64,000 nucleotides of DNA from an uncultured delta proteobacterium (GCA_963772835.1 CAVYYZ010000009.1:119223-183222), one strand, 5' to 3'; positions 10,871 to 21,076 are shown, counted from the first letter of the stretch. Numbers and translations: made by a program. Notes: a model not told the origin generated them from the letters alone.

Positions 10871-12157
10871 TTAATGGAACATTTTGTACTGCATTATGTA
10901 GACAGCAATTCCGCAAAAGTATCCTACCAGCGCCAGTCCGCTTATCCGCTTGACGTACCAGAAGAAATGAATCTTCTCCAGCCCCATAGCCGCCACTCCG
11001 GCAGCGGATCCAATAATCAGAATCGAGCCGCCAGTTCCTGCACAATACGCCATAAACTCCCACAGGAAACTGTCGGGCGGATATTGAGTCATACTGTACA
11101 TCCCCATGGAAGCGGCCACCAGCGGCACGTTGTCGACGATGGCGCTGACCATGCCGATTATGGTGACGATTACATCTTCCCGCCCCACGGTCTTTGTGAG
11201 CCAGCCCGCAAGATTAGTGAGTATATGGGTATGTTCAAGGGTTGCCACCGCCAGCAGAATACCGATGAAGAACACGATCGAGCTCATATCGATCTGTTTG
11301 AGGGCACGCACCAGAGTCAGATGCTCCTTGTGCTCATCCAGTTTCTTGGAGTGCAGCAGTTCTCCAACCAGCCAGAGAATCCCGAGGCCGAAAAGAATTC
11401 CCATAAACGGGGGGAGATGAGTGACGGTCTTGAAGATCGGTACGCAGATCAGGATGCCGATCCCCATGCGGAACATCAACCTCTGTTCAAATGGAGTGGT
11501 TTTGTACTGATGACCGCTCGAAACCGTTTTTTTCGGGCTGACTACCTCGCGCCCCTTCAGCATCCAGCTTACAACCAGCAACGGTACAATCAGATTAACC
11601 ATCGAAGCCAGGAACACCCCTTCCATAATTGCCAGAGTGGTAATCTGACCGCCAATCCAGAGCATGGTGGTGGTCACGTCACCGATTGGACTCCAGGCGC
11701 CTCCGGCATTGGCAGCGATAACGATCATTCCGGCAAAGAAGAGGCGATCGTCATGTTTGTCCAGCAGTTTCTTCATCAATGAGATCATGACAATGGTGGT
11801 GGTCAGGTTGTCCAGCACTGCGCTGAGGAAAAAGGTAACAAATCCGACCAGCCACATCAGGGTGGAAAGTTTGGTTGTATTAATGCGTGAAGTGATAACC
11901 TCAAAACCGTTATGGGCATCCACCACTTCGACAATCGTCATCGCTCCCATCAGAAAGAATACAATCTGGGCGGTCGCCATCAACGATTCACCAAGCTGCT
12001 CGCTCACCAGATGATGGTCGCCGGTGGACATGGCGTAAACCGTCCAGAGCAGGCCGGCTCCGATCAGAGCTGTTGCCGACTTGTTGACCTTGAGCGGATG
12101 TTCCAGAGCGATGGCGGCGTAGGCGATGATGAAAATGACGACAATGGCAGTGAGCAT
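10871..12157 (-). CDS. nhaD: NhaD-type Na+/H+ antiporter, copy 1
   Basis: SAVLDNLTTTIV, AANAGGAWSPIGDVTTTMLW, SAIVDNVPLVAA and GGSILIIGSAAGV motifs. Confidence 0.92.
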   Translation of the reverse strand: MLTAIVVIFIIAYAAIALEHPLKVNKSATALIGAGLLWTVYAMSTGDHHLVSEQLGESLMATAQIVFFLMGAMTIVEVVDAHNGFEVITSRINTTKLSTLMWLVGFVTFFLSAVLDNLTTTIVMISLMKKLLDKHDDRLFFAGMIVIAANAGGAWSPIGDVTTTMLWIGGQITTLAIMEGVFLASMVNLIVPLLVVSWMLKGREVVSPKKTVSSGHQYKTTPFEQRLMFRMGIGILICVPIFKTVTHLPPFMGILFGLGILWLVGELLHSKKLDEHKEHLTLVRALKQIDMSSIVFFIGILLAVATLEHTHILTNLAGWLTKTVGREDVIVTIIGMVSAIVDNVPLVAASMGMYSMTQYPPDSFLWEFMAYCAGTGGSILIIGSAAGVAAMGLEKIHFFWYVKRISGLALVGYFCGIAVYIMQYKMFH

Positions 12158-12181
12158 GCTGAATTCTCCCGATGGATATGG

Positions 12182-12722
12182 TTACTTTTTTAAATTACGG
12201 AATAGTCCCATGTCGCCGATACATCCGGTCGGGGCATCCGGATCGTTCTCATCAACAGGAAGGCTTCTGAAGGCATCGCCGATGAGCAGACCACCGAATG
12301 CGCCGTAGAGTAAATGCTACTCCGCCTGCGGTCATTAATGCATGTATCTCTGTATTTATGCCGACTCCGGTAAAAATGAGAGCACTGGCACAGCCGACAA
12401 TCCCAAGAATGACAGCGCCATATATTTTACTACCGATTTTTTGAACCGACCGGGCGGCAACTCCCCAGATAATCATGGAGTAGACGGCAAAGCCCCCCAG
12501 CTCCCAACGGGCGGAGAAACTATCCATAACGCCGGTATATTCCATTGCGGACGGGATAATATTCGATACCAGGCTTAAGCCGGCAAGCGAACCGAGGATG
12601 ACCGCTCCAATCGTGCGGAGTTTCGTGGTCATGATGTAGTTCAGGACGGCGGCGTTAAATCTTCGAATCAGTGCGAGGATCATGTTTTCTCTGTTCTCCG
12701 TTGTGCTGGCGTTTGTGCGCAT
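12182..12722 (-). CDS. Conserved hypothetical multi-pass membrane protein, copy 1 (+1 frameshift near 12312)
   Basis: Removing one base gives the C-terminus ALLYGAFGGLLIGDAFRSLPVDENDPDAPTGCIGDMGLFRNLKK*. Differences from copy 2 are mostly synonymous in that frame. Confidence 0.8.
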
Positions 12723-12750
12723 TGCTTCTCCTTTTTTACCCGTTACAAAT

Positions 12751-12788
12751 AATGATGGCGGCTGCCGATTCTGACAGCCGCCATCATT
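12751..12788 (-). terminator. Strong stem-loop after symporter gene (terminator or mRNA stabiliser), copy 1
   Basis: AATGATGGCGGCTG-loop-CAGCCGCCATCATT; compensatory changes relative to the copy at 18751..18788. Confidence 0.7.
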
Positions 12789-12822
12789 GTACCTACCTGT
12801 TACAACGTGCAGAATTCAATAC

Positions 12823-14565
12823 TCAGTGCTGAGTCGGAGGTATAACCAGCTTGCCGGGGTAGCGCAGGCTGCCGACCAGGTCCTGGATCTCCTGAGGAGG
12901 TTCAGGGGTGAACTTGCCGACCACATACATGGTGATAAAGTTCAGGGCGGCACCGACTGTGCCGATACCCTCCGGTGAAATGCCGAACCACCAGCCCTTG
13001 GCATTATTGACGGACGGGTTGACGAACTTGAAGTAGACGATGTAGGCGGTAACAAACGTGATACCGACAAACATACCGGCAAGAGCGCCTTCCTTGTTGG
13101 CCTTCTTGCTGAAGATACCCATGAGGATGCAGGGGAAGAAGGAGGCTGCCGCCAGGCCGAAAGCAAAGGCAACGACCTGCGCCACGAAGCCGGGGGGGTA
13201 GATGCCGAACAGACCGGCGATACAGACCGCCACGCCTGCTCCTGCACGTGCCCAGACCAGTTCTTCTTTTTCACTCATGTCCGGTTTCAACATACCTTTC
13301 ATCAGGTCATGGGATACTGCGGCGGAGATGACCAGCAGCAGACCGGCAGCGGTGGAGAGGGCGGCAGCAAGACCACCGGCGCCGACCAGACCGACAACCC
13401 AGTTAGGCAGCTTGGCGATTTCAGGGTTGGCAAGAACCATGATGTCGCGGTCAATGAACACTTCGTTGGCACTCTTCGGATCTTTTTCAGAACCCTTGGC
13501 GATCGTCATGATGCCGTCGCCGTTCTTGTCCTTCCAACCGACCAGACCGGTTTTTTCCCAGTTTTTGAACCAGGATGGTGCATCAACGTATTTGACGTTG
13601 TTGATCGATTTTACGAAGTTGGTACGGGCAAAAACTGCGATTGCCGGTGCAGTGGTGTACAGGATGGCGATGCAGATCAGCGCGTAACCGGCTGAGGAAC
13701 GGGCATCACGCATCTTCGGTACGGTGAAGAAGCGGATCAGGATGTGCGGAAGACCGGCGGTGCCGATCATCAGCGACATGGTGATGAACCAGACGTCGAT
13801 CCTCGGACGGGCGCCGTTTGTATAGGCCCCGAAGCCGATATCATGCTGGATGCCGTTCAGAACATCAAGCAGGTATTTGCCCTGTGTACCTGGATCGTTG
13901 AGCAGCGCTGCGCCGCCGGCGGTGATGGTTGAACCCATGCCGAGCTGCGGGATAGGGTTACCGGTGAACTGCATCGAGATAAATACGGCCGGAACCATGT
14001 AGGCACAGATCAGCACGCAATACTGAGCGACCTGTGTATAGGTGATCCCCTTCATGCCGCCCAATGTAGCGTAGAAGAAAACCAGTGCCATACCGATGAT
14101 AACACCCAGGTTGATGGAGACCCCCATGAAGCGGGAGAAAACCACACCGACGCCGCGCATCTGACCGGCAACGTAGGTGAACGATACGAAGATGGCGCAG
14201 AGCAGCGACAGTAGACGGATCGACTGGGAGTAATAGCGGTCTGCCATGAACTGCGGGATGGTGAATTTACCATATTTACGCAGATACGGGCCAAAAAGCA
14301 TGGCGAGAAGAACGTAGCCGCCGGTCCATCCCATCAGGTAAAAGGAACCGTCACGTCCCATGAACGAAATCAGACCGGCCATGGAGATGAAGGAGGCGGC
14401 CGACATCCAGTCGGCGCCGGTTGCCATACCGTTCATATAGGCGGGAACGGACTGCTCGGCGGCGTAGAAGTCGCCGGTTGATTTTGCCCGTGCTGCGTAG
14501 GCGATGTAGATATACAGGGCGAAACTGGCGCCAGTGATGATCCAGGTCCAGGTAAGAATACTCAT
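12823..14565 (-). CDS. actP: Sodium:solute symporter, ActP-like cation/acetate permease, copy 1
   Basis: [49 protein letters not shown] and [12 protein letters not shown] motifs; preceded by DUF4212. Substrate is inferred. Confidence 0.88.
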   Translation of the reverse strand: MSILTWTWIITGASFALYIYIAYAARAKSTGDFYAAEQSVPAYMNGMATGADWMSAASFISMAGLISFMGRDGSFYLMGWTGGYVLLAMLFGPYLRKYGKFTIPQFMADRYYSQSIRLLSLLCAIFVSFTYVAGQMRGVGVVFSRFMGVSINLGVIIGMALVFFYATLGGMKGITYTQVAQYCVLICAYMVPAVFISMQFTGNPIPQLGMGSTITAGGAALLNDPGTQGKYLLDVLNGIQHDIGFGAYTNGARPRIDVWFITMSLMIGTAGLPHILIRFFTVPKMRDARSSAGYALICIAILYTTAPAIAVFARTNFVKSINNVKYVDAPSWFKNWEKTGLVGWKDKNGDGIMTIAKGSEKDPKSANEVFIDRDIMVLANPEIAKLPNWVVGLVGAGGLAAALSTAAGLLLVISAAVSHDLMKGMLKPDMSEKEELVWARAGAGVAVCIAGLFGIYPPGFVAQVVAFAFGLAAASFFPCILMGIFSKKANKEGALAGMFVGITFVTAYIVYFKFVNPSVNNAKGWWFGISPEGIGTVGAALNFITMYVVGKFTPEPPQEIQDLVGSLRYPGKLVIPPTQH

Positions 14566-14625
14566 AGTTTGTCACCTCGTGATTTTAGTAGATACATCGT
14601 GTTTCCGGCAGCGCCGGCAGGGTTG

Positions 14626-14892
14626 TTACCCCTCATGTACGTCATACTTGATGTCAAGCTTGTTCATCATGTAGACATAGGTCCAGATCAGGATGACAAA
14701 GACAACCATTGAACCCTGGTTGGCAAACCAGAAACCGAGCGGGAAACCGCCGATCATGTAGGCATCGAGCTGATCAACGATCATGATGCCGCAGAAAAAT
14801 GAAACGAAAAACCAGATGGCGAGATGAACGATGATGATGGTCAGGTTCTCTTTCCAATACGCCTGTAACTCTTTAGTTGCATGAACTGACAT
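14626..14892 (-). CDS. DUF4212 small membrane partner of SSS transporter, copy 1
   Basis: YWKENL...GFPLGFWFANQGS motif directly upstream of the symporter. Confidence 0.9.
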   Translation of the reverse strand: MSVHATKELQAYWKENLTIIIVHLAIWFFVSFFCGIMIVDQLDAYMIGGFPLGFWFANQGSMVVFVILIWTYVYMMNKLDIKYDVHEG

Positions 14893-14951
14893 AAAACCTC
14901 CTCTTGTTTGATGTAAACTTCCTTAACACTGCTTCCGCAAAATTGTGGCAT
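14841..14951 (-). CDS. Candidate 36-aa upstream ORF overlapping the DUF4212 start, copy 1
   Basis: Perfect SD AAAGGAGGT then ATG; MPQFCGSSVKEVYIKQEEVLCQFMQLKSYRRIGKRT*; same SD, start, frame and stop in copy 2. Confidence 0.45.
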   Translation of the reverse strand: MPQFCGSSVKEVYIKQEEVLCQFMQLKSYRRIGKRT

Positions 14952-15070
14952 TTACCTCCTTTCTGTGTGGGTGGCTGCCGGCCGGCCCTGCCCAACTCTG
15001 CGGGCGGTTAGTGGTTGATTACGTGCTTCGCCTCGGTTGATAATCATGCTGCAAAGTGACAACGGACGCT

Positions 15071-15832
15071 TTATGCGTAGGCCCGCGAATAACCGAACTT
15101 CAATGAGAGCGCCTCGGCTCCTTCTATCATGCAGGGGATCACCTCTTTTTCCAGCCGTTCCTGCAGCATGCGGAAGGATGGTGCCAGCAGTGTCAGGGCA
15201 CCGATCACCTTGCCGGCATAATCGCGGATGACGACCGCCACCGTGCAGATGCCTTCCCCCAGGCCGTTGAAGTCAACCGCCACTCCGGTGCGGCGGATTT
15301 CATCCAGTTCCTTCTCAAGCTGCTGAAAATCCTTGATGCCTCTTTTTTTACCGGCACGGCCAAAGAGGTCGATTGAACTGACCGACTTTATTACCTTGCC
15401 GGCAGCGTTGGTAAAAAAAGGAAACCGCTGACCTACGAGGTCAACTGTTTTGATCTGCTGGAGTGAATCAACCATATCCAGAAACAGCACTTCATCATTG
15501 TTGGCAACGGTTAAGTAGACCGCTTCATCCAGCTTGCGCGCCAGTTCAACCATAATCGGATGTGCCATCCTGATCACGTTGTCGCTCTTAAGAATGTGCT
15601 GGGCCATTTCAAAAGCCTGCAGGCCAAGGTTGTACGTACCGGTTATTTTATTGCGCTCGACCAGCCCTTTGTCTTCAAGCGTGGCAAGCAGACGAAATGC
15701 CTTGTTATGACTTAAACCGAGTTTTTTTTCCAAAACAGCAATTGACGGGACTTCAACTCCCCGTGCAAGAACGTCAAGCAGTTCCATGGCCTTGACAACT
15801 GCCTGAACAGAATAAACTCCTTTTTCTCTCAT
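15071..15832 (-). CDS. IclR-family transcriptional regulator, copy 1
   Basis: YSVQAVVKA HTH, FRLLATLEDKGLVE, TNAAGK and CTVAVVIRDYAGKVIGAL; SD GAGGAG before ATG 15832. Confidence 0.93.
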   Translation of the reverse strand: MREKGVYSVQAVVKAMELLDVLARGVEVPSIAVLEKKLGLSHNKAFRLLATLEDKGLVERNKITGTYNLGLQAFEMAQHILKSDNVIRMAHPIMVELARKLDEAVYLTVANNDEVLFLDMVDSLQQIKTVDLVGQRFPFFTNAAGKVIKSVSSIDLFGRAGKKRGIKDFQQLEKELDEIRRTGVAVDFNGLGEGICTVAVVIRDYAGKVIGALTLLAPSFRMLQERLEKEVIPCMIEGAEALSLKFGYSRAYA

Positions 15833-16032
15833 ATAGTGCTCCTCTTTCTTATTTAAATGAGCGAAAGTATCCATTCTTCACGGCCATATTCATGCTTTTT
15901 GCACAAGACGGGCAGAATAACCCCGCGCGTGAAAATCTCGCGAATCCTGGTTAAAAAATGATATACAACTGCCAGCTATCGGTTAAAACGGCTGGTGTTC
16001 TTTGATACTTACGGTGGTTGACGTACAGGGGT

Positions 16033-16323
16033 TTATACGGAGTGAACTACCGGGGGGGCTCTGCCTTGATGATTTCCCACACAACAATCATGCACGGAAT
16101 TTTTTTGGACGGATGCAAAGAGTGTATGAGTGTAACGGACAATAACCGGCAGCACCGGTTTAATTGACTGATGCACCACAGAAATGATGGATTTTCTTGA
16201 TTCCTGCAAAGGGGATGACTGGGTAGCAGGCTTGTCGAAATTGGGTATTTTTTCCGTCGAAAATGAGACAGGTGCAATCACCAGTAGCAATAAGATCACT
16301 ATATGTGAAAGCATTTTTTTCAT
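16033..16323 (-). CDS. Small protein with signal peptide and C-terminal RAPP motif (candidate arrest leader peptide)
   Basis: MKKMLSHIVILLLLVIAPVSFS signal-like N-terminus; ends HDCCVGNHQGRAPPVVHSV; homologous decayed copy at 21949..22231. Confidence 0.65.
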   Translation of the reverse strand: MKKMLSHIVILLLLVIAPVSFSTEKIPNFDKPATQSSPLQESRKSIISVVHQSIKPVLPVIVRYTHTLFASVQKNSVHDCCVGNHQGRAPPVVHSV

Positions 16324-16803
16324 TGCGTGCCCTTAAAAAACTGACTTTCTGATGCAGATAAAAGAACCGTAAACGTCTTAAAAGCAAATACCATTTGTGT
16401 AAATAATAATTTTTATCACATACCGTTTGTGCATTTATGTAACATTATTTTATTTATGTCAATGCATTTTTTTCAGCGGGCCGGAGTTAATCTGATATTC
16501 TCGTTATATTGAATGGTTATATATATCATTGTACACGTTTTTTAAATATCTGATGGTTTTCGTGGGCGGCCATTGAGGCTGTATACTCATCAACTAAAGT
16601 TACATATCATCAAAATAGTGCAAAGCATTTCATTCAATAATAGTATTTTTATTACTTCATAATATGCAGTTTTAGTTTTTGTGCATTCTGCCGTCAAATC
16701 TTCAGCCATATTCAATTCAATTTGTTAGGTAATTCTTCCGGCATCCTGTTCTCTGTCCGAAAAGTTCTGCTTTTAAAATGTACCGAACGTTGAAAAAACA
16801 TAC

Positions 16804-16835
16804 AAAAAAAGCCCGTTAAAGAACGGGCTTTTTTT
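16804..16835. terminator. Bidirectional rho-independent terminator after nhaD copy 2
   Basis: A7-GCCCGTT-AAAG-AACGGGC-T7. Confidence 0.9.
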
Positions 16836-16855
16836 GCTGTAATGAGATATTCGCG

Positions 16856-18139
16856 CTAGTGGAATATTTTGTACTGCAGTATATAGGCAGCTATACCGCC
16901 GAAGTACCCGATCAGTGCCAGCGGAGCGATTTTCTTTGCATACCAGAAGAAATGAATCTTCTCCAGCCCCATGGCCGCCACTCCGGCAGCGGACCCAATA
17001 ATCAGAATCGAGCCGCCAGTCCCTGCGCAATACGCCATAAACTCCCACAGGAAACTGTCGGGTGGATACTGGGCCATGCTGTACATCCCCATCGAAGCCG
17101 CAACAAGCGGCACGTTGTCGACGATGGCGCTGACCATCCCGATTATGGTGACGATAACATCCTGGCGACCGACTGTCTGGTCGAGCCATTTGGCCAACGC
17201 TCCCAGAATATGAGTATGCTCCAGAGTTGCTACCGCCAGCAGGATGCCGATGAAGAACACGATAGAGCTCATGTCTATCTTCATAAGGGCGTGAGCCAGG
17301 GTAAGATGTGCCTTCTCCTCATCTTCTTTTTCCCGATGAATCAGCTCTCCGACCAGCCAGAGTATACCGAGCCCGAACAGAATTCCCATGAACGGAGGAA
17401 GATGGGTAAATGACTTGAATATCGGTACCGCTATCAGAGTTCCCAGTCCCATACAGAACATCAGATTACGTTCAAAGGATGTGGTTTGCAGCAAACCGGA
17501 ATCTTCGGCCTGGGGCGGAGCAACAACTTCGCGACCCTTGAGCATGAAACTGACAACGACCAGCGGCACGATAAGATTAATAAGAGAGGGAATGAAAACC
17601 CCCTTCATTATTGACAGTGTCGTAATCTGGCCACCGATCCAGAGCATGGTGGTCGTCACGTCGCCGATTGGCGTCCAGGCACCGCCGGCGTTGGCGGCGA
17701 CGACGATCATCCCGGCAAAGAAGAGGCGATCGTCATGTTTGTCCAGCAGCTTCTTCATCAACGAGATCATAACGATGGTAGTGGTCAGGTTGTCCAGCAC
17801 TGCGCTGAGAAAAAAGGTAACGAAACCGACCAGCCACATCAGGGTGGAGAGCTTTGTTGTCTTGATGCGTGAGGTGATGACTTCAAAACCGTTGTGGGCG
17901 TCCACCACTTCAACTATCGTCATGGCTCCCATCAGAAAGAATACGATCTGGGCCGTGGAGGCCAGCGATTCGTTCAGTTGATGCCCCACCAGGGTATGAT
18001 CGCCGCTCAGCAACGCGTAGACCGTCCAGAGCAGGCCGGCACCAATAAGGGCCGAAGCGGACTTATTGATCTTGATCGGATGCTCAAGGGCGATGGCGGC
18101 ATAGGCGATAATGAAAATTATGACGAGAGCGGTAAGCAT
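16856..18139 (-). CDS. nhaD: NhaD-type Na+/H+ antiporter, copy 2
   Basis: Close paralog of 10871..12157 with the same motifs. Confidence 0.92.
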   Translation of the reverse strand: MLTALVIIFIIAYAAIALEHPIKINKSASALIGAGLLWTVYALLSGDHTLVGHQLNESLASTAQIVFFLMGAMTIVEVVDAHNGFEVITSRIKTTKLSTLMWLVGFVTFFLSAVLDNLTTTIVMISLMKKLLDKHDDRLFFAGMIVVAANAGGAWTPIGDVTTTMLWIGGQITTLSIMKGVFIPSLINLIVPLVVVSFMLKGREVVAPPQAEDSGLLQTTSFERNLMFCMGLGTLIAVPIFKSFTHLPPFMGILFGLGILWLVGELIHREKEDEEKAHLTLAHALMKIDMSSIVFFIGILLAVATLEHTHILGALAKWLDQTVGRQDVIVTIIGMVSAIVDNVPLVAASMGMYSMAQYPPDSFLWEFMAYCAGTGGSILIIGSAAGVAAMGLEKIHFFWYAKKIAPLALIGYFGGIAAYILQYKIFH

Positions 18140-18175
18140 GGTGACGTCTCCGGATGGGTAGTGTGGATTCTACTG

Positions 18176-18716
18176 CTATTTTTTAAAATATCGAAAAATC
18201 CCCATGTCGCCGATACATCCGGTCGGGGCATCGGGGTCGTTTTCGTCCACAGGAAGGCTTCTGAAGGCATCGCCTATAATCATGCCGCCGACCGCGCCGT
18301 AGAGCAGCGCCGCAGCCGCCGCCGGTCATCAGAACATTCATCTCCGTGCTGATGCCGACTCCGGTAAAAATAAGGCCGCAGGCGAGGCCGACTGAGCCGA
18401 GGATAATCGCACCCATTTTCTTGTCACCTGACTTTTGTGCCGACCGGGCTCCAAGCCCCCAGATAATCATGGAGTAGGCGGCAAAGCCACCCAGCTGCCA
18501 GCGGGCGGAAAAGCTGTCCATAGCACCGGTAAATTCCATGGCGGATGGTATGATGGTGGCGGTAAGGCTCAAACCGGCAAGTGCGCCGAGCAGCGTAGCG
18601 CCGATCGTGCGGAGCCTGGCGGTCATTATGAACTTCAGGATGGCTTCGTTAAGCCTGCGGGTCATTCTCAGGATCATGTTTTCTCTGTTCTCCATTGCGG
18701 CTGCCGGTGCGTTCAT
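18176..18716 (-). CDS. Conserved hypothetical multi-pass membrane protein, copy 2 (+1 frameshift near 18318)
   Basis: Paralog of 12182..12722; corrected C-terminus LLYGAVGGMIIGDAFRSLPVDENDPDAPTGCIGDMGIFRYFKK*. Confidence 0.8.
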
Positions 18717-18750
18717 TACATAACTCCTTTTACCCGAATCCTGCAATAAT

Positions 18751-18788
18751 CAAGATGGCGGCTGCCGATTCTGGCAGCCGCCATCTTG
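18751..18788 (-). terminator. Strong stem-loop after symporter gene, copy 2
   Basis: CAAGATGGCGGCTGCC-loop-GGCAGCCGCCATCTTG. Confidence 0.7.
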
Positions 18789-18821
18789 TACCTACCTGTT
18801 ACAACGTGCAGAATTCAATAC

Positions 18822-20567
18822 TCAGTGCTGAGTCGGAGGTGCAACCAGTTTGCCGGGGTAGCGCAGACTGCCGACCAGATCCTGAATCTCCTGGGGAGGT
18901 TCAGGGGTGAACTTGCCGACAATCCACATGGTGGCAAAGTTCAGTAGTGCACCGACGGTACCGATACCTTCAGGAGAAATACCAAACCACCACCCTTTGG
19001 CATTATTCACGGCCGGGTTGACAAATTTGAAGTAGCTGATGTAGCCGGCAACAAAGATGATACCGATAACCATACCGGCGATAGCGCCTTCCTTGTTGGC
19101 CTTCTTGTTGAAGATACCCATGAGGATGCAGGGGAAGAAGGAGGCTGCCGCCAGACCGAAGGCAAAGGCAACAACCTGGGCCACGAAGCCGGGGGGGTAG
19201 ATGCCGAACAGACCGGCGATGCAAACCGCCACGCCGGCTCCGACACGTGCCCAGATCAGCTCTTCTTTTTCACCCATATCCGGTTTCAGAATGCCCTTCA
19301 TCAGGTCGTGGGAAATAGCGGCGGAGATAACCAGCAGCAGACCGGCAGCGGTGGAGAGGGCGGCAGCCAGACCACCGGCGCCGACCAGACCGACAACCCA
19401 GTTGGGGAGCTTGGCGATTTCAGGGTTGGCCAGAACCATGATGTCCTGGTCAATCTTGACTTCGTTGGCGCTCTTTGGATCATCCCATTTACCCTTGGCA
19501 ATTGTCATGACGCCGTCGCCGTTCTTGTCATCAAATTTAACCAGACCGGTTTTTTCCCAGTTTTTGAACCAGGATGGTGCATCAACGTATTTGACGTTGT
19601 TGATCGATTTGACGAAGTTGGTACGGGCAAAAACTGCGATTGCCGGTGCAGTGGTGTACAGGATGGCGATGCAGATCAGCGCGTAACCGGCTGAGGAACG
19701 GGCATCACGCATCTTCGGTACGGTGAAGAAGCGGATCAGGATGTGCGGCAGACCGGCGGTGCCGATCATCAGCGACATGGTGATGAACCAGACGTCGATG
19801 CGGGGCCGTGAGCCGTCGGTGTAGTTACCGAAACCGATATCATTCTGGATGCCGTTCAGAACGTCAAGCAGGTATTTGCCCTGGAGTACCGGGATGGTTG
19901 AGCAGTGCTGCACCATCGGCGGTGATGTGTTGAACCCATGCCCAGCTGCGGAATCGGGTTGCCGGTGAACTGCATCGAGATAAAAACAGCCGGAACCATG
20001 TAGGCGACGATCAGAACGCAGTACTGGGAAACCTGTGTGTAGGTGATCCCCTTCATGCCGCCCAGTGTGGCGTAGAAGAAAACCAGCGCCATACCGATGA
20101 TAACACCCAGGTTGATGGAGACCCCCATGAAGCGGGAGAAAACCACGCCGACGCCGCGCATCTGACCGGCCACGTAGGTGAACGATACGAAGATGGCGCA
20201 GAGGAGCGAAATCAGACGGATCGACTTGGGAGTAATAGCGGTCAGCCATGAACTGCGGAATGGTGAACTTACCGTATTTACGTAGGTAAGGACCAAAAAG
20301 CATGGCGAGAAGAACGTAGCCGCCGGTCCATCCCATCAGGTAAAAGGAGCCGTCACGTCCCATGAACGAAATCAGACCGGCCATGGAGATGAAGGAGGCG
20401 GCCGACATCCAGTCGGCGCCGGTTGCCATACCGTTCATATAGGCGGGAACAGACTGCTCGGCGGCGTAGAAGTCGCCGGTTGATTTTGCGCGTGTAGCGT
20501 AGGCGATGTAGATATACATGGCGAAACTGGCGCCTGTGATGATCCAGGTCCATACAAGAATACTCAT
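18822..20567 (-). CDS. actP: Sodium:solute symporter, ActP-like, copy 2 (three +1 insertions restore the frame)
   Basis: Near-identical to copy 1. Extra bases near 20226, 19928 and 19884 garble the middle; ORF 19856..20296 holds the correct segment. The gene is exactly 3 nt longer than copy 1. Confidence 0.88.
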   Translation of the reverse strand: MSILVWTWIITGASFAMYIYIAYATRAKSTGDFYAAEQSVPAYMNGMATGADWMSAASFISMAGLISFMGRDGSFYLMGWTGGYVLLAMLFGPYLRKYGKFTIPQFMADRYYSQVDPSDFAPLRHLRIVHLRGRSDARRRRGFLPLHGGLHQPGCYHRYGAGFLLRHTGRHEGDHLHTGFPVLRSDRRLHGSGCFYLDAVHRQPDSAAGHGFNTSPPMVQHCSTIPVLQGKYLLDVLNGIQNDIGFGNYTDGSRPRIDVWFITMSLMIGTAGLPHILIRFFTVPKMRDARSSAGYALICIAILYTTAPAIAVFARTNFVKSINNVKYVDAPSWFKNWEKTGLVKFDDKNGDGVMTIAKGKWDDPKSANEVKIDQDIMVLANPEIAKLPNWVVGLVGAGGLAAALSTAAGLLLVISAAISHDLMKGILKPDMGEKEELIWARVGAGVAVCIAGLFGIYPPGFVAQVVAFAFGLAAASFFPCILMGIFNKKANKEGAIAGMVIGIIFVAGYISYFKFVNPAVNNAKGWWFGISPEGIGTVGALLNFATMWIVGKFTPEPPQEIQDLVGSLRYPGKLVAPPTQH

Positions 20568-20627
20568 AGTTTGTCACCTCGTGATTTTAGTTGGTTAATC
20601 GAGTTGCCGGCAGCACCGGCAGGGTTG

Positions 20628-20894
20628 TTACCCCTCATGTACGTCATACTTGATGTCAAGCTGGTTCATCATGTAGACATAGGTCCAGATCAGGATGACA
20701 AAGATAACCATTGAGCCCTGATTGGCAAACCAGAAGCCGAGCGGCATGCCCATGAATATGTAAGCATCAAGCTGATCAACGATCATGATGCCGCAGAAAA
20801 ATGAAACGAAAAACCAGATGGCGAGATGAACGATGATGATGGTCAGATTCTCTTTCCAATACGCCTGTAACTCTTTAGTTGCATGAACTGACAT
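20628..20894 (-). CDS. DUF4212 protein, copy 2
   Basis: Near-identical to 14626..14892. Confidence 0.9.
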   Translation of the reverse strand: MSVHATKELQAYWKENLTIIIVHLAIWFFVSFFCGIMIVDQLDAYIFMGMPLGFWFANQGSMVIFVILIWTYVYMMNQLDIKYDVHEG

Positions 20895-20953
20895 AAAACC
20901 TCCTCTTGTTTGATGTAAACTTCCTTAACACTGTTTCCCGCAGATTTTGGCAT
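20843..20953 (-). CDS. Candidate 36-aa upstream ORF overlapping the DUF4212 start, copy 2
   Basis: AAAGGAGGAAA-ATG; MPKSAGNSVKEVYIKQEEVLCQFMQLKSYRRIGKRI*. Confidence 0.45.
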   Translation of the reverse strand: MPKSAGNSVKEVYIKQEEVLCQFMQLKSYRRIGKRI

Positions 20954-21076
20954 TTTCCTCCTTTCCGTGTGGGTGGCTGCCGGCCATCCTCTGCCCGAAT
21001 CGCGGGCTGTTAGTGGTTAGACTCTAAACTTCGCCTCGATTGATAAAACCTGCTGCAAACAAACTGTTTAACTCTT

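Noticed and set aside
14351..14575. Conserved alternative-frame ORF MTNYEYS... over both actP starts
   Set aside because: Its GTG is part of the actP Shine-Dalgarno (GAGGTG), and its conservation follows from the near-identical actP DNA.
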